DNA from: Oceanispirochaeta sp.
GTDB lineage: Bacteria; Spirochaetota; Spirochaetia; DSM-2461
NCBI GenBank assembly: GCA_963666275.2
Contig: CAXXOA010000002.1
Span: 896,001-960,000, forward strand
Length of the DNA: 64,000 bases
Direction of reading: 5' to 3'
In this document: positions 10,043 to 19,615 of the stretch, in pieces
Position numbering within the stretch: the stretch's first letter is position 1
How the letters are laid out: every line of letters starts with the position of its first letter
Made by a program: the position numbers and the translations under genes
Notes under the pieces: model-generated
What the model saw: the letters and a program-made list of their open reading frames with translations, nothing else
What the model was told of the DNA's origin: nothing
Databases searched by the model: none

Positions 10043-11197
10043 ATGGAAATATTGAGAAAATTTGTTGCTCCTGAATTTGTCTTCGGAACGGGAAGTCTCG
10101 ACCTGGCCGGCCAGTATGCGGATCATATGGGAGGAAACAGAATCCTTCTTGTGACTGATCAGGGCATAAAAGATTCCGGCTGGTGCGAAAAGGTGGAATC
10201 CGCTCTCTCGGAAAGAGGGATGGAGTATGTGATCTATGATAATATACTGCCCAATCCCAGGGAAGCGCAGATCATGGAAGGTGCCGATTTCTACGACGGG
10301 CAGAACTGCGATGTGATTCTGGCTCTGGGTGGAGGTAGTGTCCTGGATGCGGCAAAGGGCATCGGTATTATTGTCTCCAATGGCGGGCATATCCTTGATT
10401 ACGAGGGAATTGATAAAATTCCCAGTCCTATCCCTCCTCTTATCTGTATCCCCACGACCTGCGGCAGCTCGGCAGATGTCAGCCAGTTTGCCATTATCAC
10501 CGATACGGGGAGAGGGAAAAAAATCGCCATTGTTTCCAAAGCACTGGTACCGGATATTTCTCTCATTGATCCGGGAACCCTCGTCACAATGAACCGGGAT
10601 CTGCTTTCTGCTGTTTCTCTGGACACCCTGACCCATGCCATAGAAGCCTATGTCTCCACAGCCCATTCCTTCATGACAGACAGGCATGCCCTGGGCGCTA
10701 TCGAGCTTATCGGAGCTTATCTGCCCCGGGCTCTGGATGATCCGGGAAATCTGGAGTATCTGAGCAAACTTATGCAGGCCTCTCTGGAGGCGGGGCTGGC
10801 CTTTTCCAATGCCAGTCTGGGTATGGTGCATGCTATGGCCCATGTCCTGGGCGGTTTAAAGGATTTTCCTCATGGAGAATGTAACGGACTCCTTCTCAAG
10901 GGGGTTTGTGAGTATAATTATGCCAGCTGTGCCGAACGGTACGATAGCATTTCCTCTGCTCTGGCGGCCTCTCATGGCGAGAAAGCCGCTGAAGGAGTCG
11001 GGGGCATACTGCAGGAAATTGACAGACTTGTGGAAGCTACCGGCATCAAGGAGAATCTTGGTCGCTTTGCTCTCAGTGCAGGGGAATGTCAGACCCTGGC
11101 CGAATTGTCACTACAGGATATTTGCAGCGTAACCAATCCCAGAGAACCGGAGGTTACAGAGATAAGGGACATATATGAAAGAACCTTCATGGGATAA
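10043..11197 (+). CDS. Iron-containing alcohol dehydrogenase-like protein (ErcA-like)
   Basis: LRKFVAPEFVFG N-terminus, GGGS, PTTCGSSADVSQF, D..TH, HAMAH, PHG metal ligands. Confidence 0.88.
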   Translation: MEILRKFVAPEFVFGTGSLDLAGQYADHMGGNRILLVTDQGIKDSGWCEKVESALSERGMEYVIYDNILPNPREAQIMEGADFYDGQNCDVILALGGGSVLDAAKGIGIIVSNGGHILDYEGIDKIPSPIPPLICIPTTCGSSADVSQFAIITDTGRGKKIAIVSKALVPDISLIDPGTLVTMNRDLLSAVSLDTLTHAIEAYVSTAHSFMTDRHALGAIELIGAYLPRALDDPGNLEYLSKLMQASLEAGLAFSNASLGMVHAMAHVLGGLKDFPHGECNGLLLKGVCEYNYASCAERYDSISSALAASHGEKAAEGVGGILQEIDRLVEATGIKENLGRFALSAGECQTLAELSLQDICSVTNPREPEVTEIRDIYERTFMG

Positions 11198-12509
11198 TAA
11201 AAATCAGAACCGGGACTCTCTGCGGCAGCAGGTCATAGGGCTGGGAGAGAAGAGTTTCCGGAAAAACTACTACTCTGATCTGAAACATTCCCGTCTGGAG
11301 CTGCAGCGGTTCCGGGCCGTTCTGGAAGATATTCCCGATATGATCATCATTCTCAATCGGAAAGGAACTATCCTGGATCTGAATAAAACTGCCATGAGAG
11401 TTCTTCAGGGACAGAATCGCCAGCTGGTGGGGGAACATATCTCACGGATCGATTCCATTGATTTTCCCCGGTTGAATGCCCCTGAGTCTGAACGCTTTAT
11501 AATGGAAGAAGTCGTGGGTGAGGGAGAAAAGCGGAAAGTCGTTTCCCGGATGATGTACCTCCGGGAGGTCCCTCTGGAGAAGGAATCCCTCTATATTATC
11601 ATCGGAAGGGATGTGAGCCAGCTGATTCAGACTGAAAAGGAACTCAAAACACTCAACCAGAATCTGGAACAGACAGTGGAGGAGAGAACCTTTCAGCTAC
11701 AGAATAATCTGCATCAGCTCAAGTCGGCGCAGCAGCAGCTGATTAACTCGGAAAAAATGGCTCTCATGGGGGAGCTCGTCGCCGGGGTGGCCCATGAGAT
11801 CAATACGCCTCTGGGCATCGGAGTGACTGCCTCCAGTGCTCTCTGGAGCAAGGTGGATGAGATGGAGAAACTCTATCAGTCGGATAACATGACCGAAGAG
11901 GATTTCCACGGATTTATAGAATATCTGAAAGAATCCTCGGGGTTAATTCTGGTGAATATGCAGAGGGCTTCAGAACTGATTCAGTCATTCAAAAGGGTTG
12001 CTGTGGATCAGAGCTCTGATGTTACCCGATATATCAATTTCGGAAGCTATCTGAAAGATGTGGTCAGAAGCCTCAAACCCCAGTGGAAAAAACATAACAT
12101 TGAACTGGCTGAGTCGGAAAAACTGGAAATCGAAACCACCCCGGGCGTCTGGTCCCAGATCCTGAGTAATCTCATCCTCAACTCCATCCATCATGGATTC
12201 CGGGAGGATCATGTCAGCGGTACAATCAGAATTGGATATACAGTCAGAGGCAAAGAGCTGGAACTCTCCTATCAGGATAACGGTTCGGGTATCCCCGACG
12301 ACCTTCTTGATAAAATATTCGAACCCTTTTTCACCACAAGGAGGCACGAAGGGGGGTCAGGCCTGGGAATGCATATAGTCTATAATCTCATCAGCTATAA
12401 GTTGAAAGGGACTATCACGCATTTCAGACCCGAAGGGGGAGGCGCGGGATTCCTGATCACCGTCCCCCTGGATCATATCGACAAATCCTCAGCGGAACAT
12501 TCCCTTTAG
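11175..12509 (+). CDS. Cytoplasmic PAS histidine kinase
   Basis: EKMALMGELVAGVAHEINTPL, NLILNSIHHG, DNGSG, FEPFFTT, GSGLG; no TM helix, no receiver. Confidence 0.92.
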   Translation: MKEPSWDNKNQNRDSLRQQVIGLGEKSFRKNYYSDLKHSRLELQRFRAVLEDIPDMIIILNRKGTILDLNKTAMRVLQGQNRQLVGEHISRIDSIDFPRLNAPESERFIMEEVVGEGEKRKVVSRMMYLREVPLEKESLYIIIGRDVSQLIQTEKELKTLNQNLEQTVEERTFQLQNNLHQLKSAQQQLINSEKMALMGELVAGVAHEINTPLGIGVTASSALWSKVDEMEKLYQSDNMTEEDFHGFIEYLKESSGLILVNMQRASELIQSFKRVAVDQSSDVTRYINFGSYLKDVVRSLKPQWKKHNIELAESEKLEIETTPGVWSQILSNLILNSIHHGFREDHVSGTIRIGYTVRGKELELSYQDNGSGIPDDLLDKIFEPFFTTRRHEGGSGLGMHIVYNLISYKLKGTITHFRPEGGGAGFLITVPLDHIDKSSAEHSL

Positions 12510-13367
12510 GAGATAATCTTTTCTCCGCCATCTGGGATTCACTTTTACCCTTAAATCCAGCCGGACTTTATAGGGAAAGATCTTTTTAAACTCTTTGAGA
12601 GCGGCTATGCGGATCCATTTGATCCTTTTTCCCTCTTTTCCCACTACAATCCCCACCTGGGATTCGGACTCTACAGTGATAAAGGCTCTTACCCAGAGTT
12701 CTCTGCCTTCCTCTTTCATTTCCGTATCGGAAATTTCTACATACAGAGCATGAGGCAGTTCATCTGTCACCTGGGAAATCGCTTTTTCCCTTATGATTTC
12801 AGCTATTCGGAATTCCGGTTCCTGATCGGTATAGTACTCTTCGGGGTACATCATTTCCCCTTCAGGAGCCAGCTCAAAAAGACGGTCCTTCAGTTCGGCA
12901 ATGCCCTTTTCCTTCAGAGCGGATGTTTCCAGCATGGCTTCGGGATGAACATTGACATTGAGTATCCCTTTGATTTCGCTCAGGTAGTGTCCTTTTATGT
13001 CTGTTTTATTAATAACAAGGAGAACCGGCTTTTCCTTCTGTTTGTTCAGGAGTTCAATGATTTCCTGCTCCTCTTTTCCGGGAGATCTTGTGGCGTCAAC
13101 CACATACAGAACCATATCCGCTTCATCCAGTGAGGAGTAGACGACTTCTTTAAGGTACTGGTTGAACTTTTTGTCCGAATGGTGGTATCCAGGGGTGTCA
13201 ATGAAAACAAGCTGCCCCCTCTCCTCCGTGAGGATTCCCCTGATTTTATTTCTGGTTGTCTGGGGGACGTCCGCTGTTATCGAAACTTTCTCACCGCAGA
13301 GTGCGTTGACTAAAGTGGATTTTCCAGCCGAAGGACGGCCGATTATGGCAACAAATGCCGATTTCAT
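12489..13367 (-). CDS. era: GTPase Era
   Basis: GRPSAGKS, PQTTR, DTPG, NKTD, EIIREK, ELPH, KH domain. Confidence 0.96.
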   Translation of the reverse strand: MKSAFVAIIGRPSAGKSTLVNALCGEKVSITADVPQTTRNKIRGILTEERGQLVFIDTPGYHHSDKKFNQYLKEVVYSSLDEADMVLYVVDATRSPGKEEQEIIELLNKQKEKPVLLVINKTDIKGHYLSEIKGILNVNVHPEAMLETSALKEKGIAELKDRLFELAPEGEMMYPEEYYTDQEPEFRIAEIIREKAISQVTDELPHALYVEISDTEMKEEGRELWVRAFITVESESQVGIVVGKEGKRIKWIRIAALKEFKKIFPYKVRLDLRVKVNPRWRRKDYLLKGMFR

Positions 13368-13427
13368 ACTTTTATTTCCTTTGAGAGAATTTTAAGAGCC
13401 TTGGTTCTTTTTCCCATTTATATTAAA

Positions 13428-13456
13428 TTGCCATTCTGACAAGAATTCAATATATT
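13428..13456 (+). promoter_or_regulatory. sigma70-like promoter of clpP
   Basis: TTGCCA-N17-TATATT; AAGGAG RBS downstream. Confidence 0.55.
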
Positions 13457-13504
13457 ATTAGAAACACTGCTCGCGAAAGCAGCATTCAGTAAGGAGACTA
13501 TACT

Positions 13505-14116
13505 ATGATCAGACGCCTGGAGGAAGAGGGAAAAGAGCCAAAAAACAATACTGACCAGGATGCTCTTTCTCAGAAAATGCTCAAAACAAGAACTATTATC
13601 CTTTCAGGGGAGATCAATAAAGAGCTGGCCGAAAAGGTTATCCGTCAACTCCTCCTGCTGGAAGCGGACGGCGACGGCCCCATTAAAGTCTTCATCGACT
13701 CTCCCGGAGGAGACGCCGATGCGGGGTTTGCCATCTACGACATGATCCGTTTTATCAAACCCGATGTCTATACGATTGGAATGGGACTGGTTGCCAGTGC
13801 GGGAGCTCTTATTCTCCTGGCTGCCCCTGTGAACAGAAGGATTGGACTTCCCAACTCCCACTATCTGATTCACCAGCCCCTGAGCGGTATGCGCGGTGTG
13901 GCCACTGAAATTGAAATTCATGCCAATGAGCTTGAAAAACTCAGGGTAAAAATCAATAAACTGATCTCAGATGAGACAGGCCTGGATTTAGACAAAGTCA
14001 GCAAGGACACAGACAGGGATTACTGGATGAGTGCTGATGAAGCTCTGGAATACAAGCTTATATCCCAGGTGGTAACAACCCGGGCCGAACTGGAGATGGT
14101 GGAATCAGGAAACTGA
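13505..14116 (+). CDS. clpP: ATP-dependent Clp protease proteolytic subunit
   Basis: IDSPGG, ASAG (Ser), IHQP (His), RDYW (Asp). Confidence 0.95.
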   Translation: MIRRLEEEGKEPKNNTDQDALSQKMLKTRTIILSGEINKELAEKVIRQLLLLEADGDGPIKVFIDSPGGDADAGFAIYDMIRFIKPDVYTIGMGLVASAGALILLAAPVNRRIGLPNSHYLIHQPLSGMRGVATEIEIHANELEKLRVKINKLISDETGLDLDKVSKDTDRDYWMSADEALEYKLISQVVTTRAELEMVESGN

Positions 14117-14150
14117 TTTTTATCAGGCTCCTCTGTCCGGCAGGTATCAG

Positions 14151-14197
14151 AAGTCTCAATGTTTTTTTAAGAAAAACATTGAGACTTTTTTTATTAT
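14151..14197 (+). terminator. Hairpin terminator between convergent clpP and SGNH genes
   Basis: AAGTCTCAATGTTTTT / AAAAACATTGAGACTT inverted repeat plus T run. Confidence 0.85.
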
Positions 14198-14217
14198 TTT
14201 TTTCATGAATCACATGT

Positions 14218-14844
14218 TCAGAGTATCGACTTCACCTTCTGAGCCACAGTTTCGCCCAGTTTTTTATGCTCCTCTTTTTCAAGATGGATCCCGTCTACAG
14301 GGCTGGAAACTATATAGTCAGCCGTATTCAGAAAATAGCAACCCAACTCTTCGGCAATACGATTGTACTCTATGGCAAAATTCCGGGATTTTTTGATCCC
14401 GCCTATAAAGGATTCCGCATAGGTTTTCATTTCCACCGCCACGGGAGGGCTCATAAGAAGCAGCCGGGGACTCCCGTTTCTGAAGGCTTCGGGACTTTTA
14501 TAGATCAGGTTGCCCAGACGGCCAATGCTCAGGGCTATATCGTAGGCGGTAACAGAGAAGCGGTTTTTCAGATCGTTTGTTCCCAGCATCATAACTACCA
14601 GATCAAGAGGTTTATGGGACTCCAGGCAGACAGGAAGATGTTTATACCCGTTTTTATCGCCGCTAACAGGATCATCCCATACCGTGGTTCTCCCGTTCAA
14701 TCCTTCTTCTATGACAATATAATCGGGCCCCAGCTCTTTCTGGAGAACCCCTGTCCATCGCTGATCTTCCGGATATCTTTCACAGCTTGAAGGATTCCAC
14801 CCCCATGTATTGGAGTCGCCGAAGCAGAGAATTCTTTTCATCAC
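14218..14844 (-). CDS. SGNH/GDSL hydrolase
   Basis: FGDSNTWG, EEGLNGRT, MLGTND, DGIH. Confidence 0.93.
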   Translation of the reverse strand: MMKRILCFGDSNTWGWNPSSCERYPEDQRWTGVLQKELGPDYIVIEEGLNGRTTVWDDPVSGDKNGYKHLPVCLESHKPLDLVVMMLGTNDLKNRFSVTAYDIALSIGRLGNLIYKSPEAFRNGSPRLLLMSPPVAVEMKTYAESFIGGIKKSRNFAIEYNRIAEELGCYFLNTADYIVSSPVDGIHLEKEEHKKLGETVAQKVKSIL

Positions 14845-14942
14845 AGACCTCTTTTCCGTACTTTTCTAGGACGTATTATACCCGATTCGGGAAGAATCAG
14901 CAAAAATTGAATCAGCAGGGTTTTTTTTTCTGTTAAACAGAT

Positions 14943-15992
14943 ATGGGTAAATCGACAGAGCATTTTTTGATTCAGATCTTACTGATACTCCTCTTTTTTA
15001 CAGCCTGTTCCTGCAGGATCCCAACGGCGGGAGAGAGTTCCGTTCTCACCATAATGACCTGGAATGTACAGAACCTCTTTGATGCTGTTTCCGACGGGGG
15101 AGAGTATTCTGAGTTTGATCCCCTGAAATCAGACTGGAACGACGAGCTCGTAAAAATCCGTCTGGAAAATATCTCCCGAGTCATTCTTTCTGTAGACGAA
15201 GAGGGACCGGATATCCTTCTGTTTCAGGAGGTGGAGAATGCCTCCCTTCTGGAGCGGCTGAACCGGGAATATCTGGGAGATTCCTATACCTACTGCGGGG
15301 TGGCCGTATATACGGAAAATTCCATTCACTGCGGGTTTCTCTCCCGGATAGAACTATCACAGCAACATATTTTTCAGCCGGGAGAATACGGAGAATTTCC
15401 GCTGAGGGCAATTCAGGAACTCCGTTTCCGGGCCGGTGGGGAAGAGCTTGTGATTCTGAACAATCACTGGAAATCCCGGTCCGGAGGGGCTTTCGCCACT
15501 GAATCCGGGCGCGTCTCCTCCGCACAGATGATCGCCCGGAGGATCCGGGAACTGGAGGAGGAGGGACTCAGGCAGATCCTTGTCGCAGGAGACCTGAACG
15601 GCAGTGCCGGGGATTTCCGGGAAGGCGGTATTCAGACGGCTCAGATCCCGGTAGAGGCCTTCTATGAGAGTCCCTGGCTGGACAGCCTCTATATTGCCGG
15701 AGATCCTGAAGATCTGAATGGTTCGGAAGATAAGGTGGTTCTCTACTCCCCCTGGGAGGAGATGGAGAGTGAGGGCAGTTATTTTTTTCAGAATCGGTGG
15801 ATGAGGCTGGATCACTTTCTCATGACAGAGGCATTTTTTGATGGAGCCGGATGGGAACTGGATGGGACGGAGTGCTTCGATGAGCCTCCTTTCTGCACCG
15901 ATGAGGGCAGGCCTCTCAAGTGGGAGAGCTGGAAAGGAAGCGGTCTTTCCGATCATTTTCCCCTGGTACTCCGTTTGAGGCTGGATGAATAG
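14943..15992 (+). CDS. Endonuclease/exonuclease/phosphatase family protein, probable lipoprotein
   Basis: FFTACSC lipobox-like, TWNVQN, QEVEN, NHWKS, GDLN, LDH, SDHFP. Confidence 0.9.
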   Translation: MGKSTEHFLIQILLILLFFTACSCRIPTAGESSVLTIMTWNVQNLFDAVSDGGEYSEFDPLKSDWNDELVKIRLENISRVILSVDEEGPDILLFQEVENASLLERLNREYLGDSYTYCGVAVYTENSIHCGFLSRIELSQQHIFQPGEYGEFPLRAIQELRFRAGGEELVILNNHWKSRSGGAFATESGRVSSAQMIARRIRELEEEGLRQILVAGDLNGSAGDFREGGIQTAQIPVEAFYESPWLDSLYIAGDPEDLNGSEDKVVLYSPWEEMESEGSYFFQNRWMRLDHFLMTEAFFDGAGWELDGTECFDEPPFCTDEGRPLKWESWKGSGLSDHFPLVLRLRLDE

Positions 15993-16153
15993 GCCCGGCT
16001 GCTGACGGGAAAATCCTCTCTCAGGGCTTGGATTTCTTCTCTCTTGGATCGATAATGTTTCTTATATACCTACCTGATTTTGAAGGGTTCTTCCTGATCC
16101 CAGGAGGAGACTCTCGCAAGGTATGGAATCAGGAATTGAGCAGGAGTTAAGAT

Positions 16154-17371
16154 ATGATCGATTATACATCTTATGCGGATATAGTTTTACAGCAGGGGAT
16201 TAACCTGAAAAAAGGGCAGAATGTCCTTGTCAGCTGCAATGCCGGTAATTATGACCTGGCCAGAGTTCTGGCAGAAAGAGCCTATGCTCTGGGAGCAGGG
16301 TATGTGGATATTGCCGTTCAGGACAATTTTCTGACAAAGGCCCGTCTGGACGCGCAGTCGGGGGAACAGCTTGAGTATGTTCCCAACTATCTTGTAGGGA
16401 AGGGATATCAAATGCTTTCCGAGGACTGGGCCAGGATCCGGATTGACAGTACCGAAGAGCTGGATGTTCTGGGAGAGGCGGATCCTGAAAAACTGGGAGT
16501 CCTTTCGAAGGCCCAGAGAAAGGTACTGAAGTTTGTATCCAAATCCCTTATGAATGACGAACACAGCTGGTGTGTCATAGCTTCTCCGGGCCCTCTGTGG
16601 GCTGAAAAAGTTCTGGGTAAAGGGGCCACATCGGAGCAGCTGTGGGAAGTGCTGAAACCTATCCTCCGTCTGGACAGCAAAGACCCTGTGGCCGCCTGGA
16701 AGGAGCATGGGGATAAGCTGGCAGCCCGGGGCAAAACTTTGAATACCATGAAGCTGGACCGACTTCACTTTGCTGCTGATGGTACAGATCTGACAATCGG
16801 TCTGAATGCGATCTCTCTCTGGGCGGGTGGGCCGGCTCCCCTTCCCGACGGCCGGCAGTTCCTTCCCAATCTGCCTACAGAGGAAGTCTTTACCACACCC
16901 GATTTTTCCCGGACGGAGGGTACTGTAAAAGTTACAAAACCCCTGAAAGTACTGGAAACCATGGTGGAAGAGGCCTGGTTCCGCTTTGAAGAGGGAAAAG
17001 TCGTGGATTTCGGGGCCCGTAAAGGGCGCGATGTGATAGAGAAGTACCTGAATATGGACGAAGGCGCCCGGTATCTGGGGGAAGTGGCCCTGGTGGATGA
17101 GTCCTCACCTATTGCTGCCAGCGGTCTGCTCTTCGGTTCCATCCTTTATGATGAAAATGCCTCCTGTCACATTGCTCTGGGGGGAGGGTATCCCACCTGT
17201 CTGGATCTGCCTGCAGGGGTCTCTTCCGATGAGGATCTGAAAAACCATGGCTGCAATGTCTCTCTGGTTCACACGGATTTTATGATCGGTTCTCCCTCTC
17301 TGGATGTGACCGGGTATGATAAAGACGGAAAGGCGTATCCCGTTATCCGGAAAGGATCATTTGTCTTGTAA
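16154..17371 (+). CDS. Aminopeptidase, M29 family
   Basis: NLPTEEVFT, GEVALV, LYDENASCHIALG, VHTDFMIG. Confidence 0.93.
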   Translation: MIDYTSYADIVLQQGINLKKGQNVLVSCNAGNYDLARVLAERAYALGAGYVDIAVQDNFLTKARLDAQSGEQLEYVPNYLVGKGYQMLSEDWARIRIDSTEELDVLGEADPEKLGVLSKAQRKVLKFVSKSLMNDEHSWCVIASPGPLWAEKVLGKGATSEQLWEVLKPILRLDSKDPVAAWKEHGDKLAARGKTLNTMKLDRLHFAADGTDLTIGLNAISLWAGGPAPLPDGRQFLPNLPTEEVFTTPDFSRTEGTVKVTKPLKVLETMVEEAWFRFEEGKVVDFGARKGRDVIEKYLNMDEGARYLGEVALVDESSPIAASGLLFGSILYDENASCHIALGGGYPTCLDLPAGVSSDEDLKNHGCNVSLVHTDFMIGSPSLDVTGYDKDGKAYPVIRKGSFVL

Positions 17372-17404
17372 CTTTCTGATAAGACGCTGAAAGGATTTTG
17401 CCGT

Positions 17405-17689
17405 ATGGGTGAAGAAAACAATCTGGCCAATAGAGATATCTCCGCGGGAGTTGTTCACTCGCTTCCATCGGATCTGAGTGAGTCTCTTTTTTCTGATGGA
17501 GCAGTTCTTTCCCTCTGGCAGAATCTGACTCCCCTTGCCCGGAATGAATGGATCTGCTGGGTGGAGGATGCAAAAAAGCCGGAGACCCGGGCACGCAGGA
17601 TTCAGAGAGTCCTGGAGGAGCTGCAGGAGGGAAAGCGTCGCCCCTGCTGCTGGCCCGGGTGCCCGCATAGAAAAAAAGATGGGCAATAA
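17405..17689 (+). CDS. YdeI/OmpD-associated family small protein
   Basis: LTPLARNEWICWVEDAKKPETRARRI; C-terminal RRPCCWPGCPHR. Confidence 0.82.
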   Translation: MGEENNLANRDISAGVVHSLPSDLSESLFSDGAVLSLWQNLTPLARNEWICWVEDAKKPETRARRIQRVLEELQEGKRRPCCWPGCPHRKKDGQ

Positions 17690-17779
17690 GCCAAAAAATC
17701 GGGAGAAACACTCCATGGAATTCAGAGCAGAGATAGGTTTTCTTACGGAATCTAAATTGGCTGGGAAGCTCTGAGGACT

Positions 17780-18610
17780 CTACCTGTCCATATCCCGGAT
17801 AGTCTTATCCATCCGGCCGAGCCGGGATGCGGCATCATCCCATGACTTCTGCAGATTTTTCAGATGCGTGCCGGTCAGGCTGAACTGCCTGTCCAGGATC
17901 TCATAATCTTTTTTGATCTGGGACACCAGGGTCATCAGCTCTTTGCTCCGGTTGGAGAAGGAGTAGCCTCTGAAACCGTAGACCACAGTCTGGAGATACA
18001 CAAAAAGATTGGACGGGCTGACCGGGAGGATCCCCATCTTGAGGAGTTCGTTGATAAGGCCTCCCCCCTCCCGGATAAAGGCCCTGTAGTAGAGACCTTC
18101 CGAGGGAATATACATAAGAGCAAAGGGCAGGGTCCCCTCCCGGGGGAGTATATACTTTTCTGCAATGGACCGGCCGTGCTGAATAAAGACCTTTTTTACC
18201 GCTGCCGGAAGATCTCCTGAAGACTTTTCCAGGCCTTCCCTCACCTGCTCCAGGGAGAATTTCGCATCCACCGCTACCTTGTAGCTCCCCATCAGAATGA
18301 CCGCATCGGCTCTCTGACCGCCCGCAAAACCGTACTGAAACTGATAGCTATCCGGAGGAAGCCAGTTGCGGATCAGCTCCTCCATCATGGTTTCCCCCAG
18401 TCCGCCCCGCATCCGGGGATTGTTGAAGATCCGGCTCATCTCTTCCAGCTGACCGGAAATCCGATCCAGCTGTTCAAGCTTACCATTCATTCTCAGAAGA
18501 ATCTCCGGAGAGTAGGATGGCTCCCGGGGAGGATTCCTCTTTACCAGGATAAGTATCAGAATAAAACAGAGAAGGGTGAGGGCAATGAGTAAAATTGTCT
18601 GTATAGGCAA
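17780..18610 (-). CDS. rmuC: RmuC-family nuclease-fold protein
   Basis: N-terminal TM, RGGLGE, AD..VDAKF, KYI, ALMYIPSE. Confidence 0.85.
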   Translation of the reverse strand: MPIQTILLIALTLLCFILILILVKRNPPREPSYSPEILLRMNGKLEQLDRISGQLEEMSRIFNNPRMRGGLGETMMEELIRNWLPPDSYQFQYGFAGGQRADAVILMGSYKVAVDAKFSLEQVREGLEKSSGDLPAAVKKVFIQHGRSIAEKYILPREGTLPFALMYIPSEGLYYRAFIREGGGLINELLKMGILPVSPSNLFVYLQTVVYGFRGYSFSNRSKELMTLVSQIKKDYEILDRQFSLTGTHLKNLQKSWDDAASRLGRMDKTIRDMDR

Positions 18611-19094
18611 GAAATCCTCCCGGGACTGGTCTATTCAAAACTTATACGGCAATTCGGAAGGTGGCAAGGTGAATTTATGGAAAACAGGGTAAGCACAGGA
18701 AAAAGGGGCAGGAGGTTTTTATGTAGATAGGGACGGAGGAAATCTTTTCCCAGGATTTGTAGCAATCCTTATTATCCTGAAGCCGGAAAAAGACAGTATA
18801 TACCCTTATATATATTGCTCTGAATTGTGAATATACATCTTTCCGAAAAATCACTGGATATCTTCTGAGAGTAAACTTCTGGTAAATGATCAGAAAGGCG
18901 TGGTCTCATCAATGTAAAAGGAAATCGACCTTTTATGTTTAAAATCTTTAACCTCCATCCCCTCTCTTCTTCTCTTTTCTGAAACGCCAGCTAAGTGACA
19001 GAATTACGACATTCCTTCACTTGTCACATTACTGTCGTATGAACTAACCTGTCATCAGGCTATCTTTCAAAGGCAAACAGCAGGAGGCTTTATT

Positions 19095-19565
19095 GTGCTG
19101 CTAATTAAAAAGTTGAGACTTCAGAAAGGCTGGTCCCAGTCGGAGCTGGCTGAATTCAGCGGTTTAAGCGTCAGAACCATCCAGAGAGTCGAGAGAGGGG
19201 CTCAGCCCGGTCTTGAAACACTCAAATGCCTTGCTGCTGTTTTTGACATGGAAGTTGCTGATTTTCAGCAGCAGGAGGATAGTATGAATCAGGACAGTAT
19301 TTCCCGGGAAGAAAGACAGGCATTCAGGCAGGTTCAGGCAGAAAAGGGCTTTTACGGCCATCTTCTAACCTATATTTTTGTGATCGCCATGCTTTTTGTT
19401 ATAAATCTGATTTCAGCACCGGATTATATCTGGGCGAAATGGCCCGCCCTGGGATGGGGGATCGGAATCCTGTCCCATGGGGTACGGGTTTTCTCTCCTT
19501 TTCGCCTTTTCGGCCCGGAATGGGAAAAAAAACAGGTGGAAAAGAAGCTGGGACGCAAGCTTTAA
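19095..19565 (+). CDS. XRE helix-turn-helix regulator fused to a 2TM domain
   Basis: WSQSELAEFSGLSVRTIQRVE; GFYGHL..WPALGWGIG..WE; AGGAGG RBS before GTG. Confidence 0.9.
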   Translation: MLLIKKLRLQKGWSQSELAEFSGLSVRTIQRVERGAQPGLETLKCLAAVFDMEVADFQQQEDSMNQDSISREERQAFRQVQAEKGFYGHLLTYIFVIAMLFVINLISAPDYIWAKWPALGWGIGILSHGVRVFSPFRLFGPEWEKKQVEKKLGRKL

Positions 19566-19615
19566 TCCGGATCGGAACTTTTTTGAAACCTCCGTCCCTC
19601 TCGGGACGGAAAACT

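Noticed and set aside
13434..13447. TCTGACAAG in the clpP promoter as a further purine-operator copy
   Set aside because: Half-site match only; likely chance
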